Shown here: in pieces, positions 49,150 to 60,760 of the stretch | How positions within the stretch are numbered: the first letter of the stretch is position 1 | How the letters are laid out: each line of letters opens with the position of its first letter | Assembly: GCA_028534125.1 (NCBI GenBank) | Contig: CM052816.1 | Coordinates: 59,274,001 to 59,338,000 of the forward strand | DNA: 64,000 bases | DNA from: Lama glama | Lineage: Eukaryota | Direction: 5' to 3' | Translations under genes and position numbers: made by a program | Notes under the pieces: generated by a model | What the model was told of the DNA's origin: nothing | What the model saw: only the letters and a program-made list of their open reading frames with translations | Database searches by the model: none

Positions 49150-49350
49150 ACACAGAGCACAGAGTTTGGATTAGACATAGCTGGGCTCCCATCCTGCTTC
49201 TGCCACTTCCTTGAGCAAGTTGCATAACGTCTAGGTCTTAGTTTTACAGGTTTTAATTGAGGACAGTAATATCTGCTTGAAGGAGTGAGCTGTGAGGCTG
49301 AGAAATAATGTATGCAGGAGAAGCTGTCAATAAATGGTAGCTAATATTAT
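49150..49350 (+). mobile_element. MIR SINE
   Basis: 'agagcacagagtttgga...atcctgcttctgccacttccttgagcaagtt', terminal 'tcaataaatggtagctaatattat'. Confidence 0.8.
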
Positions 49351-49529
49351 GGGAACTACTCTAGAACTCATTTCCAAAGTTAATGGAGCCTCTAAGGATG
49401 AACCCTGTCGTATGAAAGGTATAGATTTCTGGTCATCACAATTTCAAAAATAACAATTACAGAGCTTTAATTGGTATATTCTTGCTTCTGTGAGCTCAAA
49501 ATACTTTACAAGTAAATAGGAATTTTCCG

Positions 49530-49705
49530 TCTATTATTTCATTTGATCCTCATATCAGTCCTGTGATGCAAGACTGGTATTATTTCCTTCATTTTACAAA
49601 TGGCTGTGATAAGGATTAGCAAGATTAAATGGTTCATCCTCACAATGGATAAAGAGAAGAGCTGAGACTCACACACCCTTCTTCTGAAACTAAATTCAGA
49701 GCTCA
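49530..49705 (-). mobile_element. MIR SINE
   Basis: 'attatttcatttgatcctcatatcagtcctgtga...tattatttccttcattttacaaatg'. Confidence 0.75.
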
Positions 49706-50366
49706 GAGCAAATAGATGCTCAGTAGGCATGGGTTCCGTCTCCCTCACGTGCTAGGTTGACATGTCTACTTGATGCAATCTGGCAACTAAAGCCCGGAGT
49801 CGTGAAGCCTTCTCTTGCTCGAAGACCAGGTGCAATGAGCAGTTGGTGTGGGTGGCCAGTTCTCAGCCTCAGCTGTCCTGAAGCAGAACCGTTTCTGGAA
49901 GGGGCTCTGAAAATACTTTGGCTTCCGTAAGTAGCCAGTTCCCTGCCTTTGCTGTGTAAGGGAAATTGCCGGGAAGGGTGCTAATGAGATCCAAGTGTTA
50001 GAGTGGTTTGCCTGCTCTGGACGACTTGGATGCTGATAACTAATAGACATACGAGCCCTGAAGTTCAAGCTTAATGCGAATGCATGCTTGCCTAAGAACC
50101 AGACCGGGACCATTAGCTGGCAGCACGCAGCTTCAGAGCTTCTGGGAAATAATCACAGCGCTCACTTGCCATTCCCCTCAGGACTGCGATGAGTCCTGGG
50201 TCTCATTACCAACTGTGGAAGCCTCATTCCTCTAGCCCTATTTGTAGTCTACCTGTGCATGGGGGCAATTCTCAAAGGTGGGAGGGGAAAATCCATTTGA
50301 TTCCAAGGAGGCAAGTCTTTCCTGCTAGTGTTTACTTCTTGGCAGACAGGCTAATTGAAGCTTTTG

Positions 50367-50367
<1 letters not shown>

Positions 50368-50407
<40 letters not shown>
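50368..50407. repeat. (TG)20 microsatellite
   Basis: Perfect dinucleotide run, directly visible. Confidence 0.98.
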
Positions 50408-50408
<1 letters not shown>

Positions 50409-50983
50409 CTACGTGTGTAAGCTCACCAGCTAACCATGAAGGAGTATTCATCTTCTATATGACGATGATATAGGGCACAGTGGGAGGACCCACTTATGGG
50501 AGGCTCATTAGGAAATTCACCTTTCTAAAGGCCAAGCTGTCTGTGATGCTCAGCTTGGACTCATTTACTGCGAGGTCTGTGGGTTTGGCTGTGGCTTCCT
50601 GGCTTATAAAGTCTGAGTTCTTACAAAGCTCCACCCACCTTATCATGATGGAAAAATATCCAGTTGTTTGTGTTTCGGTTTGATTTTCATAAGTTCTAAT
50701 TCAATGGAAAAATGGCAGTCAGATGATGGCTCAACTAAACTGCCTTAAACTCAGGAAGGACACAGTGGGCCAAGGAGAACCTTGGTCCCTGGTACCTTCT
50801 GTGGATTTGGTCTCCTTCCCTGTCCCAGGAACCATACATCTGCTCTCCTTGTCAGCTGATGGTTCCTTTCACCTCCTGAGACCAGCCTGGGAGGTGTCCA
50901 CAGCTCTGTCCCCATCCTGAGGGCCTCAGTCATCTCTAAACCCCTCTCTCTTCTCGAGGGAGGTTGCTAAAACTCTGAGGCAC

Positions 50984-51467
50984 TGTGTGGCTGTTTCTCC
51001 TGTGACAAAGTAAAACAAACGGTGGCTTAAAACAACATACATCTATTATTTTACAGTTCTGGAGAGAAGTCTCACTGAGCTAAAGTCAAGGTTTGGCAAA
51101 GCTGCCTTCCTTTTGGAGGTACTAGGAAAGAGTGTGTTTCATTACTGTATCAAGCTCCTCGAGGCCACCCACACTCCTGGACTCGTGGTCCTCATCTCCC
51201 ATCTTCACAGCCCGTGAGGTCTGGCCAAGTCCTTTGCCTGCTGTCATCTCTCTGATTCCCTCTTCCACTTATAAAGATCCTTGTGGTGACACTGGGCCCA
51301 CCTGGTTAGGCCAAGGTACTCTCCCCACCTCAGGGTCAGCTGATTAGCAGCCTAATTCTATCTGCAACCTTAATGATGCAGCCCCTTTGCCGTGTAACCT
51401 TACTTATTCCCAGGTCCTGGGGATTAGGATGTGGGCATCTTTGGGGGCCATCATTCTACCTACCACA
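50984..51467 (-). mobile_element. MaLR solo LTR (MLT1D-like)
   Basis: 'gtggcttaaaacaaca...ttacagttctggag', 'cagggtcagctgattagcagcctaattctatctgcaacctt', ends 'catcattctacctaccaca'. Confidence 0.9.
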
Positions 51468-51899
51468 CTCCATTCCCCTCATTCCACAAGGCAGAGGATG
51501 CAAAGGACCATGGCTAAGAGTGGGCCTGATCAGGTGCTGGACTTACAGCAGCCTCACCCATGGAATGGCCCGCCTCTTCCTGGCCAACGGTGAATGTTCG
51601 TGATCCACCTCCCCTGGCAGCCTTCCCAGGCACGTGGTCTGAATCAGCTTCCAGGGATCCCAGCATCCTCTCCCTTTCAGACAACACAATCTCTGGGTTC
51701 TCAGTCATTACCCCATGACCAGTTCACCAAACTTCATCTTGGATGGAAATTTCACTTTGGAGAAACATGGCTGAAAATGCTTTCTGAGGCTTTAAACATC
51801 TGATTACTAAGCTCTGCTCATGGTAGAATGTCAGCCCTTGACCTGGGCACGGGGCTGCTGGCTCTCTGAAGAGGTTTGCATTGAGCTCCTTCACCAGGC

Positions 51900-52711
51900 C
51901 CCAGAAGGGCATCTGGCCTGCACCCAGAGTGGAAGCATTTAATCCTCTGGCCACCAGCCTGACCAAAAGAGGAGCATAGGACCCAAGCCAGGTGTGGCAG
52001 GGACAGTGATGCTTGTTAAACATTCTGAGTCCTCTCTCACTTTCCTAGTCACCTTGCAGTTAGGCAGGACTGTGGAGCTAGTTCTGGCCAAAGGAAGGGG
52101 GTGTGATATTGGTCACTTCTGGCCTGAAGCTGTGAAAAACCCAGGCCTGATTCTCTAGGTCGTTTCCTTCGTCTGCTGCAGCAATAAAGGAATTCTGAAG
52201 TCCTGGGTTGTGCAGCTACAAAATGGTGGTGTATCCATTATCCTGGGTCCCTGATGAGCAGCAACCACATTGAACATGTAACGTGAGCAAGAAATAAGCT
52301 TGGGTGGTGAGCCTCAGATTGGGGATTGATTGTTATGACAGCATCACCAGCCCATGCTGACTAATACACAGCCCAATAAGGGGGCTTCCTGCGACTCAGA
52401 GCTCTCAAGAAAGACTGCCTTTTGCTGTCTCTGGCCCCACAAGCACATTTTGAACTTGGAACTTCCTGCAGCCATCTTGCTACATGAAGAGAAGGCCTAT
52501 CTGAAAAAGGAGGCACTCAGAAGCAAGCAGAGCCAAGTGATTAAAAAAAAAAAAGCCGTCAACTTTATTTGAATCCTTGCATACATTTGAACACAAAGGC
52601 TGCTTGACCCCTTGAATCTCTCCATGATGTGAGAAAGACATTCCTATTTTTGCTTAAGCTACTTTGAATTGTGTTTTTGTCCTTTGCAATGGCCAGAGTC
52701 CTCACAATCAC
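51900..52711 (+). mobile_element. Old MaLR LTR (MLT1K-like) split by a second MLT1 LTR
   Basis: Left 'gcataggacccaagccagg'; right 'gcagccatcttgctacatgaagagaaggcctatctga...ttgcttaagctactttgaattg...tttgcaatggccagagtcct'. Confidence 0.65.
51993..52368 (+). mobile_element. MaLR solo LTR (MLT1I/H-like)
   Basis: Starts 'tgtggcagggac'; 'ccttgcagttaggcaggactgtggagctagttctggccaa'; ends 'acagcatcaccagcccatgctgactaataca'. Confidence 0.85.
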
Positions 52712-53104
52712 AGCCCTTCCTTTTGATTGACTCACATGACAAGCCAGAATTGTCTTTTTTTCTTCTCAGTGACACTTTCCATAGAAAGCAAGACTCTGGC
52801 ATAGCAGAGTGGGGCCCTCAACATAATTTGCTGCCTCGAGAGCCTTTAGTTCTTCTATATTCTATCTGCACGTCCCCTGTTGAAGTCTAATTACATTCTC
52901 CTTTCCCCTTTCCTGAGAACGAAGGATGTGTTGACAGTCAGAAGCAGGGAGACAATATAATCATCAAATCATTGCAGGGAAAAATTCACCAGTGATCAAA
53001 AAGAAAACAAAGGGAAAGTGAATACTGATGACCTCAACTTATAGAGAAAAACAATACAGAGAAAATGGTGCTGCTTTATTCTGCAGTAATACTCTCTCTA
53101 GGCA

Positions 53105-53604
53105 NNNNNNNNNNNNNNNNNNNNNNNNNNNNNNNNNNNNNNNNNNNNNNNNNNNNNNNNNNNNNNNNNNNNNNNNNNNNNNNNNNNNNNNNNNNNNNNN
53201 NNNNNNNNNNNNNNNNNNNNNNNNNNNNNNNNNNNNNNNNNNNNNNNNNNNNNNNNNNNNNNNNNNNNNNNNNNNNNNNNNNNNNNNNNNNNNNNNNNNN
53301 NNNNNNNNNNNNNNNNNNNNNNNNNNNNNNNNNNNNNNNNNNNNNNNNNNNNNNNNNNNNNNNNNNNNNNNNNNNNNNNNNNNNNNNNNNNNNNNNNNNN
53401 NNNNNNNNNNNNNNNNNNNNNNNNNNNNNNNNNNNNNNNNNNNNNNNNNNNNNNNNNNNNNNNNNNNNNNNNNNNNNNNNNNNNNNNNNNNNNNNNNNNN
53501 NNNNNNNNNNNNNNNNNNNNNNNNNNNNNNNNNNNNNNNNNNNNNNNNNNNNNNNNNNNNNNNNNNNNNNNNNNNNNNNNNNNNNNNNNNNNNNNNNNNN
53601 NNNN
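53105..53604. other. Assembly gap (500 N)
   Basis: Run of N. Confidence 1.
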
Positions 53605-53780
53605 TAGAATTTTGTATATGAAGGGATTATCTAGCCTACATGCTCAAATCCTCTCTACAACATTCACCCTTGAATGTCCCCGCTTCTGGAGGCAGCCCGT
53701 GTAGGTGTTGCTGGAGCCCTGTCTCAGCACTTCGGCCCTCCTCTGATTTCAGCCGCAGCCCAAGCCAGCCTCACTTTGGT

Positions 53781-54033
53781 ATTTTTTTATTTTTTTAAAT
53801 ATGTTTTCGTTGCAGTACAGTCAGTTTACAATGTTGAGTCAATTTCTGGTGTACAGCACAATGCTTCAGTCACATAGGAATATACACACTTTCGTTCTCA
53901 TAATCTTCTTCACCACAGGGTACTACAAGATTTTGAATCTGGTTCCCTGTGCTATACAGTGTAAACTTGTTGTTTATCTATTTTATATATAGTAATTAGT
54001 ATCTGCAAATCTTGAACTCCCAATTTATCCCTT
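53781..54033 (-). mobile_element. Young camelid L1 3' UTR fragment
   Basis: 'agtacagtcagtttacaatgttgagtcaatttctggtgtacagcacaatg...aactcccaatttatccctt'. Confidence 0.92.
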
Positions 54034-54271
54034 CACCTCCGCTGGATGCCCCACATGCTTCCACACCTGCTCGTGGCCTTCTCCCAGGCCACTTACTGTG
54101 CAAATGCACGCCATCGGGGGTGACCTTCCATCAGTGGGAAGGGGCCTGGGTCGGGGCTGTGGCCTACCATCTTCAGGTGGATGATCCTGAGGGCTTTCTG
54201 CAAGATTCTCAGAGGCCTTTGGATGATGCTCATTTGTACTGGCTTCTCTTCCCTTCCTACTTCACTCCTCC

Positions 54272-55003
54272 TGTTACCAGAGAGTAGGTTCTTGTCTCGT
54301 CGCAGGAATTCAGAGGTGAGACTTGGAGGTGAAGAAAGTAAAGTGATGATTTATTAAGCAATACTGTGGTTTCAGCGGGGGGTGGGGTGGCAGACTTAGG
54401 TGAGTAGCTGCGCTTTCTTTAGAAAGCTAGTTGTATGGGGTGTAAAAACAAACGGGCAGAATATTCATTGGAGAGAGAGGAGTTTGGGATGGTATTTCTT
54501 GATTTTCATCCCAGCTCCACCTTCCTGAGGGGAGGAGCAATTTTTTCCTTATTTAGTCTTTGTTGGGGGGTGGTAATTAGGATTATTTATTTAATTCTTT
54601 TAAATGGAAGTACTGAGAATTAAACCCAGGATCGTGTGCATGCTAAGCACACACTCTACCACTGAACTATACCCTCCTCCCTTCTTATTTAATCTTGATC
54701 GGAAATGTCATGGCATTGGTGCATGATGGGTACTTCTAATCTGCAAGGCTAATTTTATTGTAATGAAGGCATAATGAGCAAGAGGTTACATTTAGATGCT
54801 GGAGATTCCTGCCTTTTTCCACCTTTCTTTGTCTGCCTCCAGGACATTTGTCACCCCACAATGTGTGATTTCTTATCAGTCCTGAGGTTCCTGCTTTTTT
54901 GTCTGCTCAAGGACCCCCGTTTTTCACAAGATGTATGGTTTCCTGCCATTTGGCCCATGCCCCCGTTTCTCTGCTCATATCTAGCTACCTGCCTGCTCTA
55001 ACA
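54272..55003 (-). mobile_element. Lineage-specific ERV solo LTR (probably ERV1 class), ~600 bp without its SINE insert
   Basis: tgtta...taaca inverted termini; 4-bp flanks ctcc/ctct; minus-strand AATAAA (tttatt near 54350) ~75 bp before the LTR end; interrupts the LTR16-like element. Confidence 0.8.
54561..54681 (-). mobile_element. tRNA-Ala-derived camelid SINE nested in the ERV LTR
   Basis: Reversed head 'cgtgtgcatgctaagcacacactctaccactgaactataccctcc', 'ggtaattagg' tail; TSD tccttatttagtctt/ttcttatttaatctt (13/15). Confidence 0.93.
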
Positions 55004-55164
55004 CTCTCACCCTCTCTCCACCCCCCTTTTTTCTGTAACCTGAGATCATCTCCCAAACAAATGGCTTGCATTTAACCCCTTGCCTCAGGCTTTAATTTTG
55101 AGGAAATTCAAACCAAAGCACAACCTGTTCCTAACACTAACCCTTACTCTGTCCCTATTCCACT

Positions 55165-55365
55165 GCAGTGAGTAACGGACTTCGGAAATATGTTGCCTGA
55201 CACTAGCTGCATGACCCTGGGCGAGTTTCTTCTGTGCCTTCTTTCTTTGATCTGTGAAATGGTGATAATAATATTACCTATATTCTAGGATTATTACAAG
55301 GGTTAAATATTTCGAAAGAACTTAACAGCGTCCAACCCACTTTAAGCGCTATATCAGTATTGTCT
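55165..55365 (+). mobile_element. MIR SINE
   Basis: 'cactagctgcatgaccctgggcgagtt...atctgtgaaatggtgataataata...taagcgctatat'. Confidence 0.85.
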
Positions 55366-56088
55366 CCATATATAGATTCGTGTATACATAAAACAAGTCA
55401 TTGTTTCAGGGCTTTTCCCTAGGGTGTGGTGCCACCCTGTAAATTTCATCCTGGAGACAAAAATGGCCGAAAGCTTCAGCTCACCGCAACTCAGTGGTTG
55501 CAGATGAGGAGGATGGGGAAGGAGAAAAGTTTACTGAGGATACCTAAATCACTTGATAAGTCGTTTCTCTGGGCCCAGCTTTGTCTTAGCCTCCAAGGCC
55601 ACTGAACACAAAAAATTCTCCAGTAAGGCAGACTGTAGATGATTTTAGTAAGTCTATAAATGAATGATAGTGAATTGTTACAAAAATACTAATGGAAATG
55701 CGACTTCGTGCAATTATGTTCACCTTTTCCCTTCTTTTCTTTTTAGAAGCAGGCTCGTAAGTATCAGCATATAATATCTAGCCTCCCACAACCTAAGTTT
55801 ATTACTGTAAATGTTCTCCTCCTGATAACACTTGCCCCCTCCTCTGATACAGGGCCCACCATTATGCTTAGATTTAATTTGCAGGTATAGAAACTTAAGT
55901 TTCAAGGAAGTGATAAAAATCAGAGATTGAGAGGCCACAATGGGTATTGCTGGGGTCAGAGGGGCAGACTCCGTGTGTGTGTGACAAGAAACAGGGAAAA
56001 ATACTAAATTGCAATCACAGGCTCCTACCAGCCCTTTCCTCTCCCTCTCCCTCTCCCTCACAAAAGTACGCACTCAGTTTCCAAGGTT

Positions 56089-56251
56089 TCTTTACAACAA
56101 GTGTGGTCCAGGGGCCAGTAGCACCAATAACATCAGGGAGCTCCATAGACCAATAGAATCCCAGGCCCCACTCAGTCCTACTGAATCAGAATTTGCATTT
56201 CAACAAGATGCCCAAGTGCCTCCAATGTGCATTAAATTTCGAGAAGGTCTG
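56089..56251 (+). mobile_element. MER5A1-like hAT-Charlie MITE
   Basis: 'aagtgtggtccaggggccagtagca...cctactgaatcagaatttgcatttcaacaagat...cattaaatttcgagaag'. Confidence 0.88.
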
Positions 56252-56946
56252 TCTAAGGAAGCCAGTTACCAGGTCCCAATTTATCCTGATGGGGATGAAT
56301 GCCCACGTCTTGCCACGGTCTGCCCCGAATGACTGAGGCAGAAATTGAGAGTAATCAGATGCTTTTTCATGTGGGAAAGAGGGAGAGGGAGAGAACTGGC
56401 ACATTAAAGGGCAGCAGGACAGAGAGGGAGGGAGGAGAGGAGGCCGACAGCTGGCACTTAGGGCGAGAGGTGTGTACGAGCATCTCTGAAACATTGAGCC
56501 TGCGAATGTGTGTTTCATTCCTTCTTTTCAGCATCCTCAACGGACTGTCAGTAAAACCTCCATTTTTTTCCCTTAATTTTGAAAAAAATCACAGAAAGCT
56601 GCAAAGGATAATATTGCCAGTATTTATGTACTTACCACCTACAATTTGTAAATGTTAATAATTTTACCATGTTTATCCTAGATTTTAAAAAAAATTTCCT
56701 GAGAAAGTTCAAGTCTCCTGTGTCCTCCCTGGTCCCATTTGCCTCCTCTCTCCCTAGAATCAACCACTGTCATGATTTGGTGTCATTTAGTCTATTTAAA
56801 TACTTTCACTACATGCATATTTCTAAACCATATTGTTTTATGGTTTTGAATTTATATACTCATTATACTGCATAAACTATAAATAACATTCTAAAACTTA
56901 TACTTTTCAAATTAATCTATATCAAAAATACAGATCTAGGTCATTT

Positions 56947-57170
56947 TTTAAATTTCATTTGTTTATTGTGATAAAATACACATAACTCAATTTATCATTT
57001 TTAAGTGTACGATCCACTGGCATTAAGTACATTCACAACATTATGAAACCATCACTACTATCTACTTCCAGACTTTTTCATCATTCAGACAGAAACTCTG
57101 TGCCCATTAAATAATAACTCCCCATTCCCCCTTTTCCCTAGCCATGGTAAGCCCTATTTTACCTTCTGCC
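56947..57170 (-). mobile_element. L1 3' terminus (L1MA10/L1MB-like)
   Basis: 'ttattgtgataaaatacacataac...ggcattaagtacattcacaa...gaaactctgtgcccattaaataataactcccc'; TSD taggtcattt/tagttcattt. Confidence 0.88.
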
Positions 57171-57253
57171 TTAGTTCATTTATTTTTAATTGCTACAGCA
57201 CATTTCTTCAGTAAATACTTTACCTCTTACATATTCCTCTTTGAGCAAATGAC

Positions 57254-57816
57254 AATATAAGTTTTCTATTGCTGCTGTAAAAAAATGACCACAACTTTAG
57301 TGGCTTAAAACAGCACAGATTTATCATCTTACAGTTCTGTAGTTCCAAGTCTGGCACAGATCTCACTAGGCTAAAAAGGTCTTGACAGGTTGCATTCCTC
57401 TTTGGAAGCTCTAGGAAAGAATCTGTTTCTTGCCTTTTCCAGCTTCTAGGCGTAGTTCTTATTCGTTGGCTCATGGTCCCTTCCTCCATCTTCAAAGCCA
57501 GCAATACAGCATCTCTGTGACCCTGCTTCCATTATCACATCCTCATCTCTGCTTCTCCCCCTTTACTTCCCTTGTTCACCTTTAAGGACCCTTGTGATTA
57601 TATTGGGTCCACCCAGATTATCCAGGATAATTTTCCTATCTTACAGTCAGCTGATTGGTTACCTTAATTCCATATTAAGGTTAATATTCTGTAACCATAT
57701 TTCCCCTTTACCATGTAACCTAATGTGCTTCCAGGAAATTAAGATGCGGGTATCTTTTGTGGGGGTAGGGGGTGCAAAATGGGATGATGATGAATGACAT
57801 TATTTCGCCTATCACA
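57254..57816 (-). mobile_element. MaLR solo LTR (MLT1D-like)
   Basis: 'ttttctattgctgctgtaa...tagtggcttaaaacagcacagatttatcatcttacagttctg', 'tttaaggacccttgtgattatattggg'; 5-bp TSD atgac/attac. Confidence 0.92.
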
Positions 57817-58828
57817 ATTACTAAAACAATGCCGCGGTCTGCATCCATATATATGTCTCCTGGTGCTCACCTGTGAGAGCCTCTGGGCAATACATCTACA
57901 GTAAAATTTCCTCTTCTTCCTTGCTGCTTTAATGTTGTTTTGGAATAAGATTGTCTTTATTTTGGATACAGCCCTTGCTGAGACTGACCCCGAGGGAACT
58001 CAGCTTTATTCAGGTTGCATATGAATGGAGGAGTTGATCTTCACCTTTCATAGCTGGCCCTTGTATTTACTCCCTCACACATTCTTACTTTGGAAGCTTT
58101 AAGGTCATAGTGATAAGTAGAGGGAGGCTAGCCAAGTGCCACAAAGAGCTTGGGAGCGTTTAAAACAGAGATGTCTGGGACACATGCTAATGGAGAGCTG
58201 TCTCTGGGATATGGGAAATCAGAACCATTGCTTCAGGGAGGAGAGTTGGCAGGGGACAAAGAGACCATCCCAGAGCTGGTCCAAAATAAGACTAGGCGTG
58301 CTTGAGCACAAGGTTTGAGTATGATGTGTAATAGATCATGTGGCTCCCGAGGGCTTTCCCCTTTGGAGGCAATATTATATAAAGATGCTGCTGTTGATTA
58401 AAATGCATTGAGAATTTCATTAAAATCAACTATCTTTCAGCTACCATCACAGAAGGGAAGTCTTCATCTTTTCAGAAAAGACTCACTTCTGTAGATAATC
58501 AAAGATCATCACCAGTCAAGTCTTATAAAAAAGGAAGTTATCAGCTGAGTAAGAACATTTTTGGTCAAAACTGACTAAAATCGGTTTTCTGATGTGGCCC
58601 TAGAGCAAAGTAATTATCCGTCCTAATTACCCAAGACTGTTTTCCCTGGTAACTTAATTATCAATACCACTGTCATTCTCAAAGGGCCCCACTTTGTGTG
58701 ATAAATTATGATATCCTGTCCTGAAGACAATTCCAAAAAGGAAGAAACAAACATGTAGGCAATGGGAGGATTTGAGGATTGAGGGCCCAACTTCCTAAAG
58801 TGACTCCTTCTAAGAATGCCTTGATGTA

Positions 58829-59026
58829 GATACAAACTACTCTATACAGAAGAGATAAACAACAAGGTCCTACTGAATGGCACAGGGAACTACATTCAGT
58901 ATATTTTAGTATGATGAAATATACTATAATGAAAATATGAAAAAGAATATATACATATAACTGAATCACTATGCTGTACACCAGAAACCAACACAACATT
59001 GTAAATCAACTATACTTCAATTAAAA
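58829..59026 (+). mobile_element. Cetartiodactyl-type L1 3' terminus
   Basis: 'gataaacaacaaggtcctactg...gcacagggaacta...ataactgaatcactatgctgtacaccagaaac..cacaacattgtaaatcaactatacttcaattaaaaaa'; TSD 14/17. Confidence 0.93.
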
Positions 59027-60014
59027 AAGAACACATTGATGTAAATGATCAAGTTCTGATATATTTGCTTTAAAAATAGACACACAAACTAATAAAGCAC
59101 CCTCTACATTTTCCTTGGCTGTTTGGTAAAATCATGAGCGTACCAACAGCAGGCAAATAGCGCTGTGGTGTGACAGTGATTGGCAGCAAACCTCCGTCCT
59201 CCCCTCTCACACACCATCAGGATGAAGTTGTGAAACTTTTCCTCCTGCAGACTGTCCTTGATATTATATACTGTAACTGAAATTTATCTCAGTAATAACG
59301 GAGGAGCAAATGAAGGAGCTCAAGTGGTATAATGGGTCCTGGGTCCTGCAATCCCACAGGAATGGCCTTGGAGGCATGATTTTCTTTTGGGGACCAGTAT
59401 AAAACCAGAAGGAGGAGTCTGATCCAGGACTGTAATGAGGGAGTTGTGAGAACTATTCCTGTAATGATGGCAACTTACTCCCGTGTGTCGCCAACAACTC
59501 AATTCCATACACACCCTATCCTCCTAATTTGGGGGAAAGATATACTAGCATCACTTCATAAATATGACCTTACTCGTTATCATAATATGCTTTCCCCAAA
59601 GCTGGAGAAGGCAAAAATACCTCATGGGGATCTGTGACTATTGATGTAACATCATAAACTTCTATTAGAAACATGGAGACATAATACTGACACTTCAGAC
59701 TATTTTGGGCTAAGGAATGTAAATAGACAATGTTTCAAATAGAAACATCCCCAACTTTCTGATATCAAAAATAACAACTCTGCAACAGGCTATATATCTG
59801 GAGGTTCTGGCAACAAAGAATTTCAGAGTGGGAATCACAAACCACAGTGATGAAATATAGAATCAAAATAACACAGTGTCAGCTATTTGGGGAATACTTT
59901 TATCCCAAAGAGGTCAACGTAATGAAGACATTTGGTCATTTTCTCAAGCCGGGCTCTCTTTGAGAAGGTAGTGGAGGCAGGACTGGGTCAGAGGACGGGT
60001 GGGAAAATCAACAA

Positions 60015-60760
60015 TTAATTGCTGAGCAAATATTTATTGAGTGACTATTGTGTGCAGGGCATAGCACAGTGGTTAAGTACACAGGGCATTTAGATCTACC
60101 TGCTCCACCACTCACCAACCAACCTCCGATGACTTACTTTACCTCTCTGTCCCAGTGCCCTGATCTAATGTGAGGCTAATGACAGGACCTGCCTCATACA
60201 TTTGTGGTCAAAATAACCATGAGTTTTGGGCCTTTTATAAATTCAAAGTTAATTAGGCATTTATAAAATAAGTGGCCCAGAGCAAGCACTCAAATGTTTT
60301 AGTTAGGGGAAATAACATATCTGCACCTGAAAATACAGCTGCCAAAAGAAGGCAGCCTATAATAAATATGGGATGGTAACTCATAGTTTGAGAGGGGGAA
60401 GCACTCTGATGGGAGTGGAGGAATTCCTCATGGAGGACGTGGGCTTTTAGCGGAGTCTTGACACATAAGCAGGAGAGGAGGTCCTGAGGCGAGTCCCAGC
60501 AAGGCCAGGGTACAAGTGTACCATGTACAGAGGAGACAAAGATGTAATAAATAAAGTGTTCTAGCTGGAACAGGGGGTTCATGCGGGGGGGGGGCAAGGT
60601 GGGAAAGCAGTAGAGGTGGTTTGGGATTAGTTGAGAAGAAGCTTCGATTTTGGCCAATAAAGGCTTTTATTGCCTTGGTGCTAGCAGTGCTGTGGGAAGC
60701 ATCAGGGGCACGGGCTGGTTTGGAGGATGGGGACCCACTGTCCTGAGACTTCTGCAGTAT
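60015..60760 (-). mobile_element. L2 3' region, with a plus-strand MIR inserted at ~60058-60305
   Basis: 'gcaaatatttattgagtgactattgtgtgcagg' (L2 end) and 'ttcctcatggaggacgtgggcttttagcggagtcttga'. Confidence 0.7.
60058..60305 (+). mobile_element. MIR SINE
   Basis: 'gcatagcacagtggttaagtacacagg', 'ttactttacctctctgtcccagt', 'caagcactcaaatgtt'. Confidence 0.8.

Larger units (their letters stand above)
53700..55120 (+). mobile_element. ERVL solo LTR (LTR16-family-like) carrying L1 and ERV1-LTR insertions
   Basis: 'tgtaggtgttgctggagccctg', 'caggtggatgatcctgaggg', ends 'gagatcatctcccaaacaaatggcttgcatttaaccccttgcctcagg...aaaccaaagca'. Confidence 0.7.
56565..57905 (-). mobile_element. Old L1 (L1ME-like) 3' region, interrupted by a younger L1 and an MLT1D
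   Basis: 'gtaaatgttaataattttaccatgttt', 'tctctccctagaatcaaccactgtcatgatttggtgt', resumes with 'aacaatgccgc...atatgtctcctggtgc'. Confidence 0.65.
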
